Below are positions 1 to 15,084 of a stretch of DNA of 64,000 nt, piece after piece; within the stretch, counting starts at the first letter, position 1, and each line of letters opens with the position of its first letter. The notes under the pieces were generated by a model. It saw only the letters and a list, made by a program, of their open reading frames with translations. It had not been told where the DNA came from and did no database searches. The stretch lies in assembly GCA_012295275.1 (NCBI GenBank), contig CM022671.1, positions 62,001 to 126,000 of the forward strand. Direction: 5' to 3'. The stretch comes from Chrysomallon squamiferum (taxonomy: Eukaryota > Animalia > Mollusca). The translations under genes were made by a program, and so were the position numbers.

Positions 1-831
1 TTTTATTATAAATAGCCTTGGAATATCACACAAAGCAGTGTTCTGTGTATTTGTTTTATTTTTGCAGTCGTAGTTATTGCTGCATCACAGTCGGATTCTC
101 TGTATGACGTTGTCTCACCTGTTTCGAAGTAATAGCAAAAGTCAGTGCTGTCTTCACGCCTGACATCCTATATGAAACTTGACGGCCGATAAAAGATTCA
201 CTTTTCATGGATCCCAAAAGCAAGTCAATTTCGTTCACGTTCAAGAAATCTATTGATCAAAACCTCCATGTTATTACTCTGCGTGTTATCTGAACGTTTT
301 TATGCACAACGTTCTGCAATTTTTTCCCTTTATTATTAGCTTCTTCTTCTTTTTTTCTCCATTCTGATCGAGCTGTTATCAGTACCGAATGAAGTTGCAC
401 TCCAGCAGACGACGGAGTTAATCGAAGTGTGTCAATCAATTACGTCATTTCGAAGCAAAGTTTTCTTGCTGTCGGATAATTTGGCAATGATTTTTCTGGA
501 ATGAAGTACCGTCCTTGTTATAGCATGAAGCAGTTTTTGAAAGATTACTAGCTGAAAAACGGTTCGAGCGCATGATGCAAGATTAAAATGTATTTGTGTG
601 ATAAAAGTGCAAATTTCCAGATTCTAAAGAGTTAGTTTATAATATTAATTTGATAGTTTCTGATAATAACTGAAATTTCATCAACGTTGCTATAGCTGTT
701 CCACACTTTACGCAATACTAAAACAAAAACAAAATTAAAATCTTGATAATACCAGCTGTTCACTCCATACAAACACTCATACACACAGACATACACATTC
801 ACGCACATACAAATGAATGCACGCATGGACA

Positions 832-1070
832 TACACAAAGACACAAAGACACAGAGACACAGACACAAAGACACAGAGACACAAAGACACAAAGACACAA
901 ATACATAGAGACACAGAGACACAAAGACACAGAGACACAGAGACACAAAGACACAAAGACACAGAGACAGAGACACAGAGACACAAAGACACAGAGACAC
1001 AGAGGCACAAAGACACAAAGACACAGAGACACAAAGACACAAAGACACAAAGACACAAAGACACACAGAG
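832..1070. repeat. Compound 8-bp repeat (ACACAAAG/ACACAGAG)n
   Basis: Directly visible; it produces the spurious ORFs at 632-1279. Confidence 0.9.
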
Positions 1071-1249
1071 ATAGAGACAGACAGAAAGAAAAACAGAGCA
1101 ATACTCAAATCAAAATAATAGTAATAATAATAATAAATAAAATAAAATAAAATAAAATATAAACAGACAGAGCTACAGTCATGCAGATAGACATACAGAT
1201 TCCAAATGCATGTACTTATATTCACACCAAAGGAACCACAACAACTCAC

Positions 1250-1517
1250 TGTATGTTTGTGTGTGCCATATTGCATCACACAATCCCAGACATCCTGCGA
1301 TGACGTAGAAATTCGGGATATCGATTGGCTGGGGATGCCACAGCCACAACACGATCAAAAGACAAATGTTGAAAGTGGCGCCAGCCGTTATGAACAGGAA
1401 ACGCTTGATGTGCTCTGCAATGTAACCAATGGCGATCGAGCTTATAGCGCTCACGGTTCCAAAACAGATCAGGATTGGTCCGATGTTGTGAACTCCCAGC
1501 GTGCAGCTGACGTACGA
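1250..1517 (-). CDS. UNC-93-like protein, second coding exon (gene continues beyond the left edge of the window)
   Basis: Acceptor tttcatttcAG at 1519-1518. The exon reads SYVSCTLGVHNIGPILICFGTVSAISSIAIG...GLCDAIWHTQTY and joins exon 1 in phase as DFTK|SYVSC, a typical UNC-93 motif. Donor A|GTGAGT at 1249. The intron is 1518-17797 (16,280 bp). No further exon was found in 1-1249. Confidence 0.9.
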
Positions 1518-1559
1518 CTGAAATGAAATAAAGAAATTAATTACGTAACGTAGCTTATC

Positions 1560-1712
1560 TTCTGTATTTCAGTTAACATTAAAATACCCTAAAAGTATAA
1601 CGTAAGATAACTGATTTTTCTGTATTTCAGTTAACATTAAAATACCCTAAAATTATATCGTAACATAACTGATTTGTCCATATTTCAATTAACATTAAAA
1701 TACCCTAAACTT
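1560..1712. repeat. ~58-bp tandem repeat, 3 copies, next to the UNC-93-like exon-2 acceptor
   Basis: TATTTCA(G/A)TTAACATTAAAATACCCTAAA occurs three times. Confidence 0.85.
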
Positions 1713-2718
1713 ATAATATTCGCATCTCAGAAGTTTGAAATTATTGTTACTGAAATTATTTTTGTAGCCAGTTTCGTTCCCCATATTACGATACAATGTT
1801 CACACAGACACACACGCACACACACGCACACACATACAAACACAAACACACACTCGTGCAAATACGCAGAAGCGAATAACTGTAAATTATATTTTAGATG
1901 AGGTCAGCACTTAAAATAACTGCAAAACACCACTGAGAGAGGAAACAGACAATCAGAAAGTAATAACGAGTAAAATTACTTTAAAAACCAATACTTTTGT
2001 GTTCTTCTGAGAAACAAAGCGTCTCGAGAGTAATAAGAATATTTCTACAGTTCGTTTAGGTGCGCACTTGTGGAGGAAATAACATTAAGGGAATAATAGA
2101 GTTAAAAACAAACGATGTAAGCACTTGACGTTGTCGCTATAAATATTCGTGATCTTCAGGCAACAAGTACAATTCTTTCTTTATTCGGCAATTTCCGTAG
2201 AATTTATCGTTTCTAAACGATCAGTTCTCATTTCTCAAAAGAATAAATCAATAGTAATTTTACTGTCACAACAAATTTAGATATGAAGCGTATATTTTAT
2301 AACGATACGGTTAAAGAGTTATTGCTGTTGTTAAAAGCAAAAGATGAGTTTTAAAATGTATTTTCCAATATGACTGTCCTATATATATTGTTTGTTCGTT
2401 TGTTCGTTTTGACTGAAGCAAAATTTACAGGAATTACGTAAATATTATTCATATACTTTTCGTTAAGAAGATTATAAAATGGTTTGTATAAAAAATGGAA
2501 AAAATAAAGTTTAAATAAATAATAGACACAAAAAATAACAACAACAAGGAAGTTAATTAGAAAGGAAGATAATTAGAAATTAATAAATATACAGAGAGGT
2601 GACAGAAATACAGACACACACGCACGCACACACGCACGCACACACACAGGCACAGACGTGCGTCTTGCCATTCAGTCACTTATCCCATAAAACCGATAAA
2701 ACAAACAAAAACCCTCCA

Positions 2719-2820
<102 letters not shown>

Positions 2821-5268
2821 ACAAAACAAACACAAATCCACAACAAAGAGATATTTCCATGCACACAACAAACTCAAACGTGTACGCACAAACTCAAACA
2901 TGTACGCATACACACACAGATATAAATATACATCGACAACACTTATAAACAGAAATACTCATAGAGCAATATACTTAGAAACACCTATTAAGACGCAAAA
3001 ACACGCAATTATCTCAAATAAAATAACAGCACACACAATATAATATTATAGCAAAACATTTCCTTATCAATTAGGCTACAACAACAAAACAATGAGAGAT
3101 CAGTGCACAGTGTTTGGACTGGTACCAGAACCTTTGTGGTTTGCATTCATTTTCATTAAGTGCGCTGCCCATCAGAACTGTGCAGTGTAATGAAGTATCT
3201 GTTCCCGCTAATTCTATACATTACACGGAGAACTGAAACGCGCCAGGCGCTTTGCCGTTCGAATCGATTGTCCATGCGTCCTGCTATAAAGACGTAGACA
3301 CGCGAGTAGATAAATCACCGCAAAGATTCCCCAACCAACCACAGCAGACGATAGATTCTGCAGACTGATTTGAAAACGAATGGGTTCGATACTACTAATA
3401 CTAGGATAGTCGTAATTGTTAACTTATTTATTTATTTATTTATTTATTTATTTTATTAGATTATTACAAATATCTGAATAAGCAAAACCGATAAATAAAT
3501 AAATAAATAAATAACATAAACAAAAAAAAAGACATACATTTTCCAACAATATTGTATTATATTATATGAATATTATGACTTACTTTTATTTTTATTCATT
3601 CATTCATTCAGTATATTGAATAATCAACAAATTATATATATCGGTATTCAAAAAATAAAAAATCTATAAAAGATACCAAAAAAGAAAATTATTTTTTTAG
3701 AAGAGAAACCCATTAAATTTCACCAAATTTTAACAGAATTATTTTTTAAAATCAATATTTTCTTTATCTTTTTTTTTTTTTTTTTTTTTTTGTTGTTGTG
3801 AGTAATGATTTTTGTTTATCAATCTTCTGTTTTTCTTTCATTACTTGCTTCAGGCATTTTTATGGGTCAGTCTGATCTGAATGTCTGTGTGTCTCTATCT
3901 TTTACTTTTCTCTCTGTCAGGACTGTACGCAAGGGTGTAATCTGTACGTGGAAACAACAACAAGAAAACCCAGTCTGACGATGTCATCTGCCTATGACGT
4001 TTTCGCAATTATGGTGGCTCCTGTGTTGTAACGTAGTAGAAATGTGCTGAAATGTAACAACGTCGTTAATTTTTCTGCGGATCAGTTCGGACTGGCAATA
4101 ATTCATTATCTCCCTTGCCAGTTTGTCGCGCCATTTTCAATAAGCCGTCGATTATGCACCCCTCATGTAAATCTGTGCGTACTGGCCTGTCTCTCTCTGT
4201 CTCTGTCTCTCTCTGCATCTTTCACTTCCCTCTCCCTCCTGTACTACCCTCTAGCTCGTTCTCTCATTTATCTTCTTCATTTTTATAAAAATATAAATAG
4301 ACAGTTTGATATCGACGTCTCCAAATGCCCTTACGAAAACCTCCTATGATTACATGAAAAGATAGGCGCTGGAGCCTAAAGCGAGCAGTTGATGGGTTTC
4401 GTTGACAATAAATAGCGTGTTAAATGGGAAGTTTTGTCCTACCACTCCAAGCCACTTAGTTTTCTTGGAAGAAATCTTCATTTATTTATCAAGCGTAAGA
4501 TGTAAGAGTGTGATAATTATTTCATGATTAGTCTCTTCATAATACTCTTTAGAAGGTATCTGGATATGATGCACTAGTTTCTTTTAAATGACATCAACAT
4601 CACCACAACCACCACCACCACCTCATATTATAATGGTCAAAACAATCAACATCGTAATTATAATCTTTTTTCGTTGGAACATCATTAGCATCATCATCAT
4701 CGTTATCATAAATATAATCATCTTTCTTTATTATTATATTCATTATCACCGCTGTCGACATTATAATTAACAACATCATCTTCATCATTACCGTTATCAT
4801 TATAATAATTGTTTCCCGTCGACGACATACTCGTATACACGCCTTGTTTGTTATTATCATCTTATTTATCACAATTATAATCATTACTATCATTTGTTTT
4901 ATCATTTTCTTTGCTGACAATAAATATGATGATGATGAAAATAATATGAAATTTAAAAAAAGAAAATAACAGCCCCGTGTCAAATAAGTTTTTAAATACT
5001 TTTCGAACACTAAGTTAAAGCGGCAAGCAAGACACGGAATTACTTGTCAGACTAGTTACATGCTTTGTTGATGAAGAAAGAAGAAGAAGAAGAAGAACGT
5101 CCTATATTTAAAATTTTCTTTTTCATTCTTGGATTTATTTCAATCCCAGATTCAGTGAAATAACAAAACGACGATGTCACGTGATGTTATTATCCAGGCA
5201 AAGAATTTGTTCAGTCTGCCACGTGAGCGACATTTCCAAGACTAAGAGAAAACTTAGTGATGAACCGC

Positions 5269-5335
<67 letters not shown>

Positions 5336-6034
5336 GTATACGTATGTGTGTATGTGTATATATATACACACACTCACACACAATATATTCATTATCTCTA
5401 CAACAAGCCAAAGATCCTTTATTATGCCACTGCTCATAAATTTCACATATGACTAAAAAAAAAACAAGAAGAAGAAAGAAAGAAAAAACAACGAAAACCA
5501 ACAAAGAGAAAAACAAACAAATAACATGAACAAGAAAACAACATCTTCACTCAAAAAACCCCATCTGCACTGACATTCTCGGCAAGTCCTGACAACAGCA
5601 TTACTCTAGCGACGTTTCATGAGCCCCAGCTGCAATTGAATTATTGTTTGACATTTTATTGACGTTCGCTGGCTAATCAATTTGTGGTCGTTCTGTCGTG
5701 ACTTATTTGTCATGTGTTTGGATCTGTAAATGTGCATCCATTCTTTCATTAGCCAGTTGAATATCGTTATCGTGAAAGTTCCCGTTGTGTCGTTTATTAC
5801 CACCATTTTGTGTTCACTGATTCAAAACAGAAAAGACAAACAGAGTAAATCATCACGTTAATCTGAGTTGTCTGATTCCGAAATGTTAATCCGTTTTTGT
5901 CTCCTATATCTAATCTCTTAAATCCGGTTTAGAAAGATAATACAGGATAAAATAGTTTTAATTGTCTAACATACAAACAAGGATAAAATGGTTCTAATTC
6001 TGTAATAAAATAGTCGAGAGAAAAACAGTTTTTA

Positions 6035-6090
<56 letters not shown>

Positions 6091-6748
6091 TCTTGTTGTT
6101 GTTGCTGTTGTTGTTGGTACTATTTTTGTTGGTATTGTTACCAACATATCATAAATTAAAATTATCATTATCGTTATTTTTTTTATTTATTTATTCCACT
6201 GTTAATATATGTAACACAAAATATTTCCTAAATTAACTTGACTTGTACTTACACAACTCTAGCTATACGATTATTGGCTCTTCCACCGTCATCGCCCGGA
6301 TATTGAAATCCGGCTTTGCAGACGTCTTTAAGTCGAAGCATTTGAAACACACACAAGTTTCAGAGTGTGTATTAAAGATTTTTAATCTGCTCTCTACGGT
6401 GTTGAATTAATTCTGTTTTCAGCTGTGAATAAGAGTACGTGAAAGGAATCAGTCTGCTACTGTTAAATCCTATCTCGGCTGGCGATGTTTCGTTTTAAAC
6501 CAATTGCTTCTGCACTTGGTAAATTTAATGAATGTATTCTCTAATTTTCTTATCATGTGGATCATGGCAGAATTCTTCAGGAATTCAAATCAGTCATCTA
6601 TTAGAAAACCTGCTTTCATCTTAATCTAGACAATTTTTAAACATGTTTGTCTAGACAGAGTTGAAATTTGCTTGTCTGTTTTGTAAGCTGATGTGTGTTT
6701 GAAAGCGAGGCAGATAGCGTATCATGGCATTTATGGACATAAAGTGCT

Positions 6749-6850
<102 letters not shown>

Positions 6851-7929
6851 AGTAAATATGTGAGCATGTGTGTGTATATCTGTGTACGTCTGTAGGTGCA
6901 AATATTTATGAGTGAATTTGTGTGTGTGTATATGGTTGTGTATATAGTGTGTGTCTGTGTGTGTGAATATGTGTGTACAACACGTATGTTGCATTGTGTG
7001 TATACGAGTGTTTTACTGAGTGTGTGTAAAGATCGTGTACACTTAGGCATCTACTTAATATTTGTAATTATTTTATTTTTTAATTATAAATTAAAATTTA
7101 CAAAAAAATAAAAGGAACGAATATCCATACGTACACACAAGCATATATACACACACACGCACACACGCATCTAAACGTAAATATACTGTAGTAAAGATCA
7201 AAGCCAAACTATACACAATTTTTGATACAGATAAATTCGTACATGTTTTTAAATTAATATTTAGGTTTCTAGTTTCCATTCTGTATCTAAACAGTTCTTA
7301 AAATAGTTCATAATGTCGAAATTTCTAAATTATTGCTTGATTTGTGAGGGAATCCTTTTTTATTTTATTTTTTTATTTTTTATTTTTTTATTTTTTTATT
7401 TAATTAATTATTTTTTTTCATCATTGCCTTAGATAAATCTTTTTTTTTTATTTTAATTTATTTTATTTTATTTTTTGTTACGGATAAAAAAAGAATAAAG
7501 AAAAAATTACATGTGAAGAAAACACTAAATTGAATCATGGTACACAGTGCGGGGTAATTACTGCAGTAAATTAGCAATTTTCTATGATTTTTATTTTATG
7601 CCGCTGCAGCTAAAACTCATCAATTTATACTGAACCCATTCACAAACAGACAGAGAGGCAAACTGTTCTGTAGAATTAAATTTTGCTTGTTGCTTGAAAC
7701 ATATACACACACAATTTTTCTCTCTTTCCCTCTATATAGCCTCTCATTTTTCCATCCATCCATCCATATATCCATCGATCTGTCTATATTTCGTTTGGAT
7801 TTGTCTATATTTGGGGACAATTTGGTTAAAGGTGGGGGGGGGCAGTCAGAGTGGGAGTAAAGACCGATCGTTGGTAAATTATTGGTTATATTTTCTTTAA
7901 TAATAATGAAATGTCAAAGCATTTCTGAA

Positions 7930-8130
7930 AGCTCCAGAACTACCTTCCTGATTCTCTAGTCAAGGGGTATTTTATGAGTTTTTTCAAGGTAATTATAAGT
8001 TTTGATAAGTCGGCCATGTAACACAGGTAGGAACTGGAAATGGACCAAAAGGCGCATCGAGATGGATTGAGCCTGCGACCAATGGCCTCTCTGGACTAGA
8101 AGTAGGCAGCGGATCTATGCTCACTGAACT
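7930..8130 (-). mobile_element. Degenerate tRNA-derived SINE
   Basis: The minus strand reads ...GGTCGCAGGCTCAATCC (B-box-like)...CCATTTCCAGTTCCTACCTGTG...CATAAAATACCCCTTGACTAGAGAATC. This recalls the tRNA head plus central core of molluscan SINEs. The match is from memory, not from a search. Confidence 0.5.
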
Positions 8131-8911
8131 TCATTATTAGCATCGTCACTTCAGTAATTGGCCTGTCAGAAACATCTTTTGAACTCTGCTTTCAATAATA
8201 TTTTGGTTTTGATTTGTTATTGGGTGTCCTTGATTGATTTAATCAGTAACTGGTTCCTGACATGCTGAACAAATATTTAATTTCTTTAGCGACAAAAGTC
8301 ATTATGGCGCTCGGTTTGTCATGTACACAATCGGTTAGCACATTGGTTGAGTGAGGCGCTCGAATGAAAAGAAAGAGCGCAAAGCCTCGATCACCGAGCT
8401 CGTAATTAATCTTCAAACGACCCCATCGATCGAGATATTATGGCGGACGGTTCCGAACTCACCGAGATATCAGAAATGGCGGTTATCGATTATCGTGAGT
8501 TGAAACCTGTTGCATTCCTCACCCTTCTCCATTCCTTTTCCCTTCCTTAACAGCTTTACAAAACATTATCAGTGCTTCATCACGGTGTTCAATTAGCGAA
8601 GATAAAAGAGTTAAAAACAAGATATTTGTGAAGCGCAGCCAGACATGAACAAACCGAAAATCTCGTAGGTTTTCTTCGGAAGGGACATATGTTTGGTTAG
8701 AACGGGAAACAGTTCAATAAGTTTGCGAAGAACATCTTTATGGCAGATATCGTTTGAAGAAAATATTCTGTCATAGAAATGAACTAGACAAGTTTTGTTT
8801 TACTCAAAATTAAACTGAGTTATTTCATAGAAAAATATTCTAACATAACTATCCTGATTGGCGTTAGGAGAACAGACGAGAAAGAAATGGAAGATTTTAA
8901 AAATTCGGTTT

Positions 8912-9283
8912 ATTTCTTTGGAACATTTATAATCTAAATTTAACTAGATTGTGTACTCTGAATAATTTCTTTGGAACATTTGTAATCTAAATTTAACTAG
9001 ATTGTGTACTATGAATAATTTCTGTGGAACATTTGTAATCTAAATTTAACTAGATTGTGTACTCTGAATAATCTCTTTGGAACATTTGTAATCTAAATTT
9101 AACTAGATTGTGTACTCTGAATAATTTCTTTGGAACATTTGTAATCTAAATTTAACTAGATTGTGTACTCTGAATAATTTCTTTGGAACATTTGTAATCT
9201 AAATTTAACTAGATTGTGTACTCTGAATAATTTCTTTGGAACATTTGTAATCTAAATTTAACTAGATTGTGTACTCTGAATAA
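8912..9283. repeat. 53-bp tandem repeat, about 7 copies
   Basis: Near-identical copies of ATTTCTTTGGAACATTTGTAATCTAAATTTAACTAGATTGTGTACTCTGAATA. Confidence 0.95.
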
Positions 9284-9684
9284 TGTATCCAAACCGCGGA
9301 GTGCAAGCACGGTTCATATTACTCAGCAAACTGTTTCGTTCAGGGGAGGAGGTCAACAGCGCAAATCTGCCAGAAATTTGTCGCGAGTATTTGTTCTTGC
9401 TTTGCCCTAGTTTAGGAAGGCAGTGATTATCTTTGCCACTTTCCGTCCTACGCCAAGATAAAAGAGATATCTTGCCACAAATATATATTATGATGGTAAT
9501 AACTCATATCGATGTGTTCTTGTAAATTCGGGTAATTTAAGAATGTAAAATTCAATAAATTAGGTTATAATCTAAACATTTTAATGGAAAAATCTTAGAG
9601 CCCAATCTAAGTCATCACAGTAGATTCTAACTATCATAATGGAAAATCTCAGCCAAGGTTCTGAAACACGGTTTAAAGAAGATT

Positions 9685-12183
9685 CTCTCGGCTGGCGCTA
9701 GAGACAGTGATTTCTCGGCTGGCGCTAGAGACAGTGATCTCTCGGCTGGCGCTAGAGACAGTGATCTCTCGGCTGGCGCTAGAGACAGCGATCTATGTAT
9801 GTTGCCTTAAACACATTGACTGGAGATCAGTTTTCTGTCTATCAGCTGGCGCTAGGGACAGTGATCTCTCGGCTGGCGCTAGAGACAGTGATCTGTGTAT
9901 GTTGCCTTAAACACACTGACTGGAGATCAGTTTTCTGTCTATCGGCTGGCGCTAGAGACAGTGATCTATCGACTGGCGCTAGAGACAGTAATCTCTCGGC
10001 TGGCGCTAGAGACAGCGATCTATGTATGTTGCCTTAAACACATTGACTGGAGATCAGTTTTCTGTCTATCAGCTGGCGCTAGAGACAGTGATCTCTCGGC
10101 TGGCGCTAGATACAGTGATCTCTCGACTGACGCTAGAGACAGTGATCTATCGGCTGGCGCTAGAGACAGTGATCTGTGTATGTTGCCTTAAACACACTGA
10201 CTGGAGATCAGTTTTCTGTCTATCACCTGGCGCTAGAGACAGTGATCTATGCATGTTACCTTAAACACACTGACTGGAGATCAGTTTTCTGTCTATCGAC
10301 TGTGATCTCTCGGCTGGCGCTAGAGACAGTGATCTGTGTATTTTGCCTTAAACACACTGACTGGAGATCAGTTTTCTGTCTATCGACTGTGATCTCTCGA
10401 CTGGCGCTAGAGACAGTGATCTATGCATGTTGCCTTAAACACATTGACTGGAGATCAGTTTTCTGTCTATCAGCTGGCGCTAGGGACAGTGATCTCTCGG
10501 CTGGCGCTAGAGACAGTGATCTATCGGCTGGCGCTAGAGACAGTGATCTATCGGCTGGCGCTAGAGACAGTGATCTGTGTATGTTGCCTTAAACACATTG
10601 ACTGGAGATCAGTTTTCTGTCTACCAGCTGGCGCTAGGGACAGTGATCTCTCGGCTGGCGCTAGAGACAGTGATCTATCGGCTGGCGCTAGAGACAGTGA
10701 TCTATCGGCTGGCGCTAGAGACAGTGATCTGTGTATGTTGCCTTAAACACATTGACTGGAGATCAGTTTTCTGTCTATCAGCTGGCGCTAGGGACAGTGA
10801 TCTCTCGGCTGGCGCTAGAGACAGTGATCTATCGGCTGGCGCTAGAGACAGTGATCTGTGTATGTTGCCTTAAACACACTGACTGGAGATCAGTTTTCTG
10901 TCTATCACCTGGCGCTAGAGACAGTGATCTATGCATGTTACCTTAAACACACTGACTGGAGATCAGTTTTCTGTCTATCGACTGTGATCTCTCGGCTGGC
11001 GCTAGAGACAGTGATCTGTGTATTTTGCCTTAAACACACTGACTGGAGATCAGTTTTCTGTCTATCGACTGTGATCTCTCGACTGGCGCTAGAGACAGTG
11101 ATCTATGCATGTTGCCTTAAACACATTGACTGGAGATCAGTTTTCTGTCTATCAGCTAGCGCTAGGGACAGTGATCTCTCGGCTGGCGCTAGAGACAGTG
11201 ATCTATCGGCTGGCGCTAGAGACAGTGATCTATCGGCTGGCGCTAGAGACAGTGATCTATCGGCTGGCGCTAGAGACAGTGATCTCTCGGCTGGCGCTAG
11301 AGACAGTGATCTATCGGCTGGCGCTAGAGACAGTGATCTATCGGCTGGCGCTAGAGACAGTGATCTCTCGGCTGGCGCTAGAGACAGTGATCTATCGGCT
11401 GGCGCTAGAGACAGTGATCTGTATATGTTGCCTTAAACACACTGACTGGAGATCAGTTTTCTGTCTATCGGCTGGCGTTAGAGACAGTGATCTATCGACT
11501 GGCGCTAGAGACAGTGATCTCTCGACTGGCGCTAGAGACAGTGATCTATGCATGTTGCCTTAAACACAGTGACTGGAGATCAGTTTTCTGTCTATCGGCT
11601 GGCGCTAGAGACAGTGATCTGTGTATATTGCCTTAAACACACTGACTGGAGATCAGTTTTCTGTCTATCGACTGTGATCTCTCGACTGGCGCTAGAGACA
11701 GTGATCTATGCATGTTGCCTTAAACACACTGACTGGAGATCAGTTTTCTGTCTATCACCTGGCGCTAGAGACAGTGATCTATGCATGTTACCTTAAACAC
11801 ACTGACTGGAGATCAGTTTTCTGTCTATCGGCTGGCGCTAGAGACAGTGATCTGTGTATATTGCCTTAAACACACTGACTGGAGATCAGTTTTCTGTCTA
11901 TCGACTGTGATCTCTCGACTGGCGCTAGAGACAGTGATCTATGCATGTTGCCTTAAACACACTGACTGGAGATCAGTTTTCTGTTTATCACCTGGCGCTA
12001 GAGACAGTGATCTATCGGCTGGCGCTAGAGACAGTGATCTCTCGACTGGCGCTAGAGACAGTGATCTATGCATGTTGCCTTAAACACACTGGCTGCAGAT
12101 CAGTTTTCTGTCTATCGGCTGGCGCTAGAGACAGTGATCTGTGTATATTGCCTGAAACACACTGACTGGAGATCAGTTTTCTG
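9685..12183. repeat. Composite minisatellite of 27-bp and 73-bp units with higher-order structure (about 2.5 kb)
   Basis: Unit A is GTGATCT(C/A)TCGGCTGGCGCTAGAGACA (27 bp). Unit B is A plus a 46-bp insert containing TGTTGCCTTAAACACACTGACTGGAGATCAGTTTTCTG. The two are interleaved as A(n)B. Confidence 0.97.
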
Positions 12184-12483
12184 TGTATTGGACAGAAGTA
12201 GTTTGGCGGAAAAGTAAATTAGCATTGCCCGGTGGACCCAGCGATCAGTTTTACTTGCGTGAAAAAAAGTGTCCTAACACAAAAGTGAAAATGTTTTAGC
12301 GGAGAATCAATTTATAACTTGTAACATTTTCAGTATGTAGTTATGTTTATGATAATAATGGAAATTATAGATGAAACACTATCAGAAACAGATATTATAG
12401 ATAGTCACAGAGATAAAGACTACAAACATAAACAGAGATGCAGAGATATATAAATAGGTATATAGATATATCAGTGTTCTAAA

Positions 12484-12627
<144 letters not shown>

Positions 12628-13257
12628 TTGTCTATCTGTTCAGTGGACAACTTTAGTTTTCACAGGTGTCACAAGCCTAGCAGATGCAATGAATTGAAGA
12701 ACAGTCATTAGTGTAAAGGAAAAGATGCTATTAGCAACAAAGCAATCACTTCAGAAGCATTTCGTATTCTCTTCAAGAGTGGCCGCTGAACGTGGTCCTT
12801 TTCAGTGAAAAGAAAATCAATCGTGAAAGACATGTGGTTAATTATTAGTGTATTATATTGTGTGTCGTATCACGCGACTTGACCTAACACGGCTCCGAGG
12901 CCATCTTGAAATGGCGCTGTAGCTGACAAATAACATTTAAATGAAAAAGTTTCTTCCTGTCTTGTTAACGGACTTGTCTGTTTCATATAGCAGGCTTCTT
13001 GAATTATAAGTTAAGAAAATCTGTTGAGTAAAATGTGTAAGTGAGTTTGAATGATTAAAAAGATGGTGAATAAAAAGACATTTATATAATACTTTGATGA
13101 GAGAATATGAGTTAATAAACTAGAAATACAATAGACTCGGAGAGATAGATTGGCAGATAGATAACTATATGAATAGTTGGATGGGGAAAACAAACAGAGA
13201 GATGAAAAAATGGATGACAAATAGAATGAAAGTGTGTTTGTTCGCGACAGAGGTAGA

Positions 13258-13384
<127 letters not shown>

Positions 13385-13853
13385 GAGAAAACCACAATTC
13401 ACGACAGTCTGCCTCAACTCATTGATATTCCAGTCCACACAGTCTATTTCAGCTGCAAAACATCTTTTACATACAACATTAATATTTACCATTAACTTTA
13501 ATGGGAAAAATCCTATATCGGTTGATATTGCCCGGTATTTAAAACTAATTTGTTCGTGTTCACGCATAAACGTCGTCGATCTTTCCGTGTTGACTTAAAA
13601 AATATTAAACAGACTGGCAACCACTGACTACTAAAGAGAACAAGGTCTATTCCTAATTCTGAACATTAAAATGTATGACTGTGATTACTATTAATATACT
13701 GACATTCTAATACACGTATTTTTTATACATACAGAAACAATGAGTGAGACAGAGACAGAAAATGAAAGAAGCTGTATGAAACAGACAGACAGAGAAACAG
13801 AAAGAAAGACTGAACGAAATAGATAGGCTAATAGAGATAAAAAAAATAGGAGA

Positions 13854-14083
<230 letters not shown>

Positions 14084-15002
14084 TATACACTGACTTACGT
14101 TCAGGGTTCAAACTTGTGAAAACCTGTCTCAGTTTCACTGTGTTAACAGCCGAACGTTGAGGCTCGTAAATGTGCTCGATCAATATCATCCAGTATTTAT
14201 TATTATCCTAATTTTACTCACTGTTAGGCTTAAATGTTTTCAACTGCAGATAACACGATATGTCTAGCCCATACAACGACCTAAAACATATTGCCAGGCA
14301 TCTAATACATTAACCATAACATACTTAATTTTGATTATCTGCTTAGAAAATGTGTATCATTTAACAATACATGTACACTGTGTTACATATATTGTACTAT
14401 CAGTTATTACTTACAAATTATCAGTTTGATGTGTTATGTTAACATTGACAAAACCTTTAATATGTGGCTATTATATTAATGTTATATATTTTATAATATT
14501 TCAAATTTACGAGTATACTATTTTTTAATTTATTATTATTATTTTTTTAATACCGTAAATGTTCTCCGACGTGTACATGATATTTTGTAATGTGTAAAAA
14601 CCTTTCTAGCCAAATAACAATGTATTTTGTTGTATCTACAATATATTTTATTAAGTGTATTTTCATTTGGCATTTAAATTTAAGAAAAAGAATAAACAAA
14701 CAGAAATTTCTAGGTTCCGCTATGAAAACGCACTTCATCACTACATAATATTTCTTTCTCGTTTAATTCTGCATTCAGTTGTTTCGTTCAGAAATCCCAT
14801 TAACTAATAGAAAAATCATATTCTATACTATTATTATTTTTTTTTTTTCCCGCTGGAACCCGAGTTCATTAATGTTTAATATTTACTGTTGTGCGTTGTC
14901 AGAGATGAAATGTTAATGTTATCAAGCGTCTTCAAAAAAAAAAAAAAAAAAAAAAAAAAAACCAATAAAACAAAAACAACAAAAAACCCATATAATAATG
15001 AA

Positions 15003-15084
<82 letters not shown>

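Noticed and set aside
1-1249. Third exon of the UNC-93-like gene
   Set aside because: No minus-strand frame with the expected C-terminal transmembrane segments was found; the exon is presumably outside the window.
632-1279. ORFs of 85-215 aa, and similar poly-ER, poly-LS, poly-I, poly-N and HT-rich ORFs across the window
   Set aside because: They are translations of microsatellites with no domain content.
9685-12183. CRISPR-like appearance (27-bp repeats separated by longer segments) and the overlapping RLALETVI/AGARDSDL ORFs
   Set aside because: The intervening 46-bp segments are all the same sequence rather than unique spacers, there are no cas genes, and the context is a eukaryotic intron. 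The ORFs are translations of the repeat.
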